A stretch of 64,000 nucleotides of DNA from an uncultured bacterium. Lineage in GTDB: Bacteria > UBA8248 > CAZNSX01. The position numbers and the translations under genes are program-made. Positions 29,023 to 34,794 of the stretch are shown here, one piece after another; position 1 is the first letter of the stretch; each line of letters begins with the position of its first letter. The stretch spans positions 1 through 64,000 of the forward strand of contig CAZNSX010000004.1 of the NCBI GenBank assembly GCA_964575845.1, read 5' to 3'. The notes below the pieces were generated by a model. It was given only the letters and a program-made list of their open reading frames with translations, was not told the DNA's origin and did no database searches.

Positions 29023-29349
29023 CTAGCTATCGCCACTGTAGCTCTCCATCCGCTCAAGCACCAGCCTGAGGGCGTTTTCCTTTCTCTCGGCCCAGCGCTC
29101 CTTTAGCCTCTCCCTCTCTTTTCTTCCCTCCTCCTCGATACCTCTTGCCTCAAGGTTCGCCTCTGCTTCCGCCTCCTCCAGAAGGCGCTCCCTCTGGGCT
29201 GAAGCTTCGGCTTTGACCTTCTGAAGGAGTTCTCTCGACCGAGCACGCGCGTCCCTGAGGGTCTGCTCAATTTCTTTTTGGGCTTCGGCCTCAAGGCCTT
29301 CTGCTTTGGTCTCCCAACCTTTGAGTTTTTTGAAAAGCTCTTCGGTCAT
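29023..29349 (-). CDS. A/V-type ATP synthase subunit G/H (peripheral stalk coiled-coil)
   Basis: 108 aa Glu/Ala/Arg-rich coiled-coil protein directly upstream of, and overlapping, subunit I, as in (G/H)-I-K-E operons. Confidence 0.6.
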   Translation of the reverse strand: MTEELFKKLKGWETKAEGLEAEAQKEIEQTLRDARARSRELLQKVKAEASAQRERLLEEAEAEANLEARGIEEEGRKERERLKERWAERKENALRLVLERMESYSGDS

Positions 29350-29501
29350 GGCGGTCTATAACCCTTTAGAAACAAAAGCATTATGTTAATAGGAAGCTTC
29401 CCCGCTTCCGAACCATCCCTGAACTATTGATGACCCCCCTCGAACCGGGTGTGATCACAAAGGCGTATCTACATATTTATCGTGTGAAAGAAGAAGAGAG
29501 T

Positions 29502-30416
29502 TTAGCCATAAGCCCCTCCCGGGTCTCCTTCGCTCGGGGAGACGGGCCTCTCGGAGAAGCCGCAGCCGAGAAGGGAAAGAACTCTTTCCAGCTCCTCGCG
29601 GGAATAATACTCGACCTCTATCTTCCCGCGGCTTTCCTTTCCCCTGATGCGCACCTTGGTCGCGAGGGCCTGCTTGAGCCTCTCCTCTATCTCGCTCAGA
29701 AAGGGATTCAGGCGACGAGCGCTCCCCCTCTTCGCCTCCCCCGCTTTCCCCGGCAGGGGCTCCCGCGCCAGGGCCTCGGTCTGCCTGACTGATAAACCCT
29801 TTTCTCTTATTGTTCGCCAGAGCGCGAGCTGCGCCGAAGCCGAAGGCAGGGATAGCAGCGCCCTGGCATGTCCCATGGTTATCTCCTCTTTCCGAATGCT
29901 CTCCTTTATGGCCTCCGGGAGTCTCAGGAGTCTCAGGACGTTGGCGACTGTGGAGCGGTCCTTCCCCACCCTCTCGCCCGCCTCCTCCTGCGTGAGGCCA
30001 AGTTCCTCCACCAGGTGGCGGAAGGCGGCAGCCTCCTCCATGGGGTTCAGGTCCGCGCGCTGGATGTTCTCCACGAGGGCAACCTCCACGAGCTCCCTCT
30101 CATCGGCTTCTATGATGAGCGCGGGCACTGTTTCGAGGCCTGCCTCTCGGGCGGCGCGCCAGCGTCGCTCTCCGGTGACGAGCCCATAACCCCCGGCAAC
30201 CTTCCTAACCACGATGGGCTGGAGAATGCCCTTCTCGCGGATGGACCGCGAGAGCTCCTCAAGCTTCTCCCGATTAAAGTCCTTCCTCGGTTGGTGGCTC
30301 CCCGGAGAAATCTCGCTGAGGGGAATTTCCCTCAGCCCGAGATCCTCCGGGACCCCGTGGGAAATCTCGGGAATAAGGGCATCCAGCCCCCGGCCCAGGA
30401 CTTTTCGCATCGCCAA
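29502..30416 (-). CDS. parB: Chromosome partitioning protein ParB (Spo0J)
   Basis: 'RKVLGRGLDALI' N-terminus, the ParB box 'GYGLVTGERRWRAAREAGLETVPALI', and an HTH 'LTQEEAGERVGKDRSTVANVLRLLRLP'. Confidence 0.9.
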   Translation of the reverse strand: MAMRKVLGRGLDALIPEISHGVPEDLGLREIPLSEISPGSHQPRKDFNREKLEELSRSIREKGILQPIVVRKVAGGYGLVTGERRWRAAREAGLETVPALIIEADERELVEVALVENIQRADLNPMEEAAAFRHLVEELGLTQEEAGERVGKDRSTVANVLRLLRLPEAIKESIRKEEITMGHARALLSLPSASAQLALWRTIREKGLSVRQTEALAREPLPGKAGEAKRGSARRLNPFLSEIEERLKQALATKVRIRGKESRGKIEVEYYSREELERVLSLLGCGFSERPVSPSEGDPGGAYG

Positions 30417-31185
30417 ACCCCTCTCTTTTACGTCTTCTTTCGATTAGTTCCCGCGCCAGAAGCAAGTAGGCTCTGGCTCCTGCGGAAGCTATATCGTAAA
30501 GGATTATGGGCTTTCCGTGACTCGGCGCTTCCGCCAGGCGAACATTTCGCGGGATAAACGTATTGAGAACCCCCTCGCCAAAGTGGCCCCGCACCTCTTC
30601 GGCCACCTGCTGGGAAAGGTTGGTCCTGCTGTCATACATCGTCAGAAGAATCCCCTCCAGCTCGAGCCCTGGATTATAAACTCTTCTCACGAGCTCGACC
30701 GTCCGCATCAGCTTTGAGAGCCCTTCCAGAGCATAGTACTCAGCTTGAAGGGGGATGAGGACGGCGTCGGCCGCCACCAGGACGTTGAGCGTGAGGAGTC
30801 CCAGCGAGGGAGGGCAATCGACTATTATGTAGTCATAGCCATCTTTTATCTTCAGAAGGAGGGGCCTCAGCCTCCCCTCCCTGTGGCGTGCCGACACAAG
30901 CTCAAGCTCCGCCCCGATTAGGTCTATATTGGAAGGAATGACGTCCAGGCGCTCGATGGAGGTCTTCCTCAGGGCCTCCTCAAGCCCCGCCTCACCCATG
31001 AGGGCTCTGTAGAGGGCATTCCCGGCTGAGTCAACCCCCGCTCCGCTTGCCGCATTGCCCTGAGGGTCCATATCCACAAGAAGCACTCTCTTCTCGGCGA
31101 CAGCCAGGGAAGCCGCGAGGTTAACCGCCGTTGTAGTCTTTCCCACCCCCCCTTTCTGGTTGGCTATGGCCAGAACCCTACACAT
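30274..31185 (-). CDS. parA: Chromosome partitioning ATPase ParA (Soj)
   Basis: Deviant Walker A 'IANQKGGVGKTTTAVNLA' and conserved 'DYIIVDCPPSLGLLTLNVLVAADAVLIPLQAEYYALEG'. The ORF carries a ~45-aa C-terminal tail overlapping the parB start. Confidence 0.9.
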   Translation of the reverse strand: MCRVLAIANQKGGVGKTTTAVNLAASLAVAEKRVLLVDMDPQGNAASGAGVDSAGNALYRALMGEAGLEEALRKTSIERLDVIPSNIDLIGAELELVSARHREGRLRPLLLKIKDGYDYIIVDCPPSLGLLTLNVLVAADAVLIPLQAEYYALEGLSKLMRTVELVRRVYNPGLELEGILLTMYDSRTNLSQQVAEEVRGHFGEGVLNTFIPRNVRLAEAPSHGKPIILYDIASAGARAYLLLARELIERRRKREGFGDAKSPGPGAGCPYSRDFPRGPGGSRAEGNSPQRDFSGEPPTEEGL

Positions 31186-31289
31186 TGACGCTTCATCAGG
31201 GCGGAGGACTATCTCTCCAGTCTAAGTCCCTCGAAAGACACTAAATTTTACCACGAAAAGGGAACGGGAAAAAGAGAATTCAAAAGTAA

Positions 31290-31305
31290 TGTTCCACGTG
31301 GAACA
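31290..31305. promoter_or_regulatory. parS centromere-like site
   Basis: Perfect palindrome TGTTCCACGTGGAACA matches 14/16 of the parS consensus TGTTNCACGTGAAACA. It lies in the AT-rich region just upstream of parA. Confidence 0.7.
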
Positions 31306-31604
31306 CATCGCTATAATTGATTGTTTTTAAATAAATACTTCATGCTTCCCAAGAGAATTCTCGAAGGAGCCCCCGGCTCCATCCCCTTTCTGTCTTCCCC
31401 GGTGCGTGGGATTTCGAAAAAAATTAATCGAGATTCAGGACATTATAGCAACTATTGCGGGAATAAGAGAAAAAAGGTTAAAGTTATAGGAAATACTTAA
31501 ACCCGCTGGTCTTTGCCTAAATGGGTTATATTATGCCCGCGCCGGCTCAGAGGGTTTCTGGGCGGGCTAACATAACGCCAGCAACCAAACTGAAGGAGGG
31601 AACC

Positions 31605-32072
31605 ATGAGAGAAACCATGCGCCTGAAGGTGGGGGACACCGCCCCCGACTTCACCCTCCCCGATACTGAGGGAAAGCCCGTCGGCCTCTCCCAGTTCAAG
31701 GGGAAGAACCTGGTCTTAGCTTTTGTGCCGGCGGCATTCACGCCCGTCTGAAGCGTCCAGCTGCCCGCGTACAACGCCGACCTAGAGAAGTTTGCGGGCT
31801 TCGACGCCACGGTCGTGGCCGTATCCACCGACAACACCCACAGCAACAAGGCATGGGTGGAGAGGATGCGGGGCTTGAACTACCCCGTGCTGAGCGATTT
31901 CTGGCCCCACGGAAATGTCGCCCTGAAGTATGGGGTGCTGAGGGAGGAAGGGATAACCGAAAGGGCCATCTTCCTCATCGATAAGGGGGGGAAGATCCGC
32001 TACATCGACATCCACCCCATAGGCGACCAGCCTGATAATGAGGAACTTTTCGAAGTACTGAGGAAGATGTGA
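31605..32072 (+). CDS. Peroxiredoxin (AhpC/TSA/Bcp-like) with in-frame UGA: predicted selenocysteine-containing peroxiredoxin
   Basis: ORFs 31521..31751 and 31815..32072 share a frame and are separated only by TGA at 31749-31751. Read through, it gives '[12 protein letters not shown]...[42 protein letters not shown]...'. The UGA sits exactly at the peroxidatic Cys of the FTPVC motif. RBS GAAGGAGGG precedes the ATG at 31605. A stem-loop (CGUC..GCCCGC..GCGGGC..GACG) starts ~4 nt after the UGA. Confidence 0.7.
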
Positions 32073-32136
32073 GAGGTTTGAAGTTTTGGGGGGGCGGCCT
32101 GAAAGGGCCGCCCCTTCCCTTAAGGGGGAAGAGATT

Positions 32137-32826
32137 ATGGTCAGCAAGATGAGCCGAAAGGCGGTGCCTTTCACCCCCTTTGAGAAGGAGCTGAAGGAGT
32201 GCTACCTGGGCCTTGTGACAAATGCCGGCGTTCACCTGAAGGACCAGGAGCCCTTCGACCCAGAGGGGGATGAGAGCCACCGCATAATCCCGGAGGACGC
32301 CCCATCAGACGCGCTCATGATAACCCACACCCATTATGACCATGCCGATGCAGATAGGGATATCAACTGCGTCTTCCCCATAGACAGGGTGAGGGAGCTC
32401 GCAGAGGAGGGCGTGATAAAGGGTCTGGGCAACCGCAATATCACGAAAGGGTTCAGTGAAAACCTGAAAGTCCTGTATGAGAAGAGCGCCCCCGAGGTGG
32501 CCGACCTCATCGAGAGGTCGAAGGCCGATATCGTCATACTCACGGGTGGCTGACCGCTCTGCCACCGCACGGTCGTTGCGACCCAGCGCGAGATAGAGAT
32601 GCGGGGTATCCCCACGGTTCTGATCACGGTCCTGCCCGATGACTCTAAGCCCATGCGGCCCCCGAGGGCCATTTACCCCAAGGGCTTCAAGCTCGGCCAC
32701 GGCCTGGGCGGCCCCGGCCAGAAGGAGCTCCAGAAGAAGGTGCTCCTCGCCGCCCTCTCGCAGTTCACCGAGCCTCCCGCGCCGGGGGAGATCAAGGAGA
32801 TGGAGTTTCCGGAGTACGGGGGGTGA
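32137..32826 (+). CDS. Glycine/betaine/sarcosine/D-proline reductase selenoprotein B (GrdB/PrdB) family protein with in-frame UGA (predicted Sec)
   Basis: ORFs 32086..32553 and 32599..32826 share a frame and are separated only by TGA at 32551-32553, with no other stop between. Read-through gives '...ADIVILTGG-U-PLCHRTVVATQREIEMRGIPTVLITV...'. The N-terminal region (VPFTPFEKELKECYLGLVTNAGVHL...ITHTHYDHADADRDIN) resembles the GrdB/PrdB family core. A hairpin (GGUCG UUG CGACC) follows the UGA. Confidence 0.6.
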
Positions 32827-32962
32827 GGGTTAATTTATAACATATTGCTTTTAAAGAACTTATACCGCCAATCGCTATTGCCTCATCCCTAGAGTTAGGC
32901 TTCTTCCCGGACATGTGGTAGAGTAACGACGCAGCCTTAACCATAAAAGAAGGGGCGAGGCG

Positions 32963-33199
32963 GTGGAAATAAAGGAATACAACTTCACCGTTTTGTTTGA
33001 GCCAGCTGAGGAGGGAGGCTATGTCGTTACCTGCCCCGCTCTGCCGGGACTTGTCACCGAAGGAGACACCCTCGAAGAAGCCCGCGAGATGGCCAAAGAC
33101 GCCATCCGGGCCTACCTGGAGAGCCTGCGAAAAGACGGCCTGCCGATCCCTGCCGTCCCTTCCCTTTCATCGCAAAGATTTGAAGCGCAAAACCCTTGA
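32963..33199 (+). CDS. hicB: HicB-family antitoxin (UPF0150), orphan copy
   Basis: 'YNFTVLFEPAEEGGYVVTCPALPGLVTEGDTLEEAREMAKDAIRAYLE' is the HicB N-terminal RNase-H-like partial fold. No HicA partner adjacent on this strand. Confidence 0.7.
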   Translation: MEIKEYNFTVLFEPAEEGGYVVTCPALPGLVTEGDTLEEAREMAKDAIRAYLESLRKDGLPIPAVPSLSSQRFEAQNP

Positions 33200-33316
33200 A
33201 TCCGTCATCAAGCCGGGAGGAGGCGAGCTCCTCCCCTACACGGAAACCGGGCCCGTAGGGGCGGACCTCGCGTCCGCCCGCCGGTCAGGAGGAGGCCAGC
33301 GGGCGTGGGTGAAGCC

Positions 33317-33337
33317 GGGGTAGGTCACGGCTGCGCC
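33317..33337 (+). repeat. 21-bp repeat GGGGTAGGTCACGGCTGCGCC (left copy; inverted partner at 37820-37840)
   Basis: Exact 21-mer whose reverse complement occurs at 37820..37840; related copies at 63460..63527. Confidence 0.7.
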
Positions 33338-33436
33338 TTACCCAGTCCGGCTGAGCAGGGGGCGGGAATCCCCTTAATTTATTGATTTTATAGGGCTTCT
33401 GGCCTCGGCCCGGCTTTCTGGGTTCGCAATCCGTCC

Positions 33437-33676
33437 TTATCTGAGCAAACCGAGGTGGCGGAGGTCCTCTTCGCTCCAGCGGGTTGCAGCGAGGATTTGG
33501 CGGAGGGTGCCGACCGGCAGGGTGTCGCGGCTATGGTGGTAGTGGAGCACGGCGCGTCGTCCGTCCGGGTGGCGGTATACGCGGTGGCTTCCCTTGGAGC
33601 GCTGGTAGATGAAACCATCGCGCTCAAGCGCACGGATGAGCTTCCGGACCGGCAGGTTCCGGAGCTCTTCGGTCAC
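33437..33676 (-). CDS. hicA: HicA-family toxin (mRNA interferase, YcfA-like)
   Basis: 'LIRALERDGFIYQRSKGSHRVYRHPDGRRAVLHYHHSRDTLPVGTLRQIL' matches the HicA dsRBD-like fold with the catalytic His. Overlaps upstream hicB by 4 nt. Confidence 0.75.
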   Translation of the reverse strand: MTEELRNLPVRKLIRALERDGFIYQRSKGSHRVYRHPDGRRAVLHYHHSRDTLPVGTLRQILAATRWSEEDLRHLGLLR

Positions 33677-33912
33677 AGTGTAATGGCCACAGCCGGTTTC
33701 TCTTTCACCTCCACCTGACCGGCTTCCACGGGCACCGGTTCCCCCGCCTCAAGCATGTCCTCGACATACGCTTCGGCGGCATCTTGGATGTTGCGCAAGG
33801 CCTCCTCTCTGGTATGCCCCCAGCTTGTGAGGCCCGGCAGCGCGGGAACCCACACACTCCAGCGGCCATCATCCTCCTGCTGGAGCTCAACGCTCAAGAC
33901 GTAAGTCTTCAC
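33673..33912 (-). CDS. hicB: HicB-family antitoxin
   Basis: 'MKTYVLSVELQQEDDGRWSVWVPALPGLTSWGHTREEALRNIQDAAEAYVE' HicB fold, translationally coupled to hicA. Confidence 0.75.
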   Translation of the reverse strand: MKTYVLSVELQQEDDGRWSVWVPALPGLTSWGHTREEALRNIQDAAEAYVEDMLEAGEPVPVEAGQVEVKEKPAVAITL

Positions 33913-34120
33913 GGCAACGCCTCCTCAGGTCGTTTTTCTTTTCCATCCCTCAAGCTTAGAGGAGAATCTTTCGGAGGTCAAGAATCATGGGAGCGAGGGA
34001 GGCGGGTAGGTTAGAGCTGCGCCCGTGACCGACTATGGCGAATTAAGATGATGCGGAGCCTCAGCTTACCCGGCTCTTGAATTTCGCTTTGCGGCTATGG
34101 GAGGGGAGAAGTAGATACGC

Positions 34121-34732
34121 TCAGGTGAAATGATCCGGCCATTGCTTTCTTAAAAGCCCGACTATCTCCTCTGGTGTAAATACCCAGATTCCAAATCGAT
34201 TTACAAGCTTCTCCCTTCTGCCATCTCTTATAAAATCTCTTGTATTAATGGTTACGAAACAGTCACTCCCAGTTCTGACCACCTGCTTAAGATGTCGAAT
34301 GTCCGCTTTCTGCTTTTCATTAAGGGTCTTGGCCGACGGAAACAGAACATCTTTTAAGGCAGCATCAGGAATTTCAGGCCCCGCCAAAACATCACCTCCG
34401 TCTAAGCATGAAACATCCAAGGTGAATAGGCCCGGATGGGGGGGCATAACTCTTGCCTTTTCAATTCGCTGTTCTCCCTTCAACTCAGCCAGCATCGCGT
34501 CAGCCCGCTCAATTTTTATTAGTCCTTTCTCGGCCCACCTTTCTAGAGTATTTAGAGATGGGTCTTTCTGCTTTTCGTTTATACAAGAGCTATCAATCGT
34601 TATACGATGAATACGACCCCTCCATTTAGCCCATCCGGTTTCCCGAAAGGGCCATGTACATTCATGGCAATTTTCTATTTCCATTGGGACTAGTTTTTCG
34701 CCGCACCTCGGACACTCAATCTTCATGCTCAT
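34121..34732 (-). CDS. Zinc-ribbon + PIN-like domain protein
   Basis: N-terminal CPRC...CHEC zinc ribbon. C-terminal 'DCFVTINTRDFIR' resembles the PIN-domain C-terminal motif (xxVTxNxxDFxR), with a PIN-like first strand 'IHRITIDSSCINE'. Low-GC gene; start at internal MSMKIE with a GGAG RBS. Confidence 0.45.
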   Translation of the reverse strand: MSMKIECPRCGEKLVPMEIENCHECTWPFRETGWAKWRGRIHRITIDSSCINEKQKDPSLNTLERWAEKGLIKIERADAMLAELKGEQRIEKARVMPPHPGLFTLDVSCLDGGDVLAGPEIPDAALKDVLFPSAKTLNEKQKADIRHLKQVVRTGSDCFVTINTRDFIRDGRREKLVNRFGIWVFTPEEIVGLLRKQWPDHFT

Positions 34733-34794
34733 ACGCTCCGAATATAAGCGAAGGGGAGATCTCAGCACGGACATGACCGGCACGGCCTATTTTC

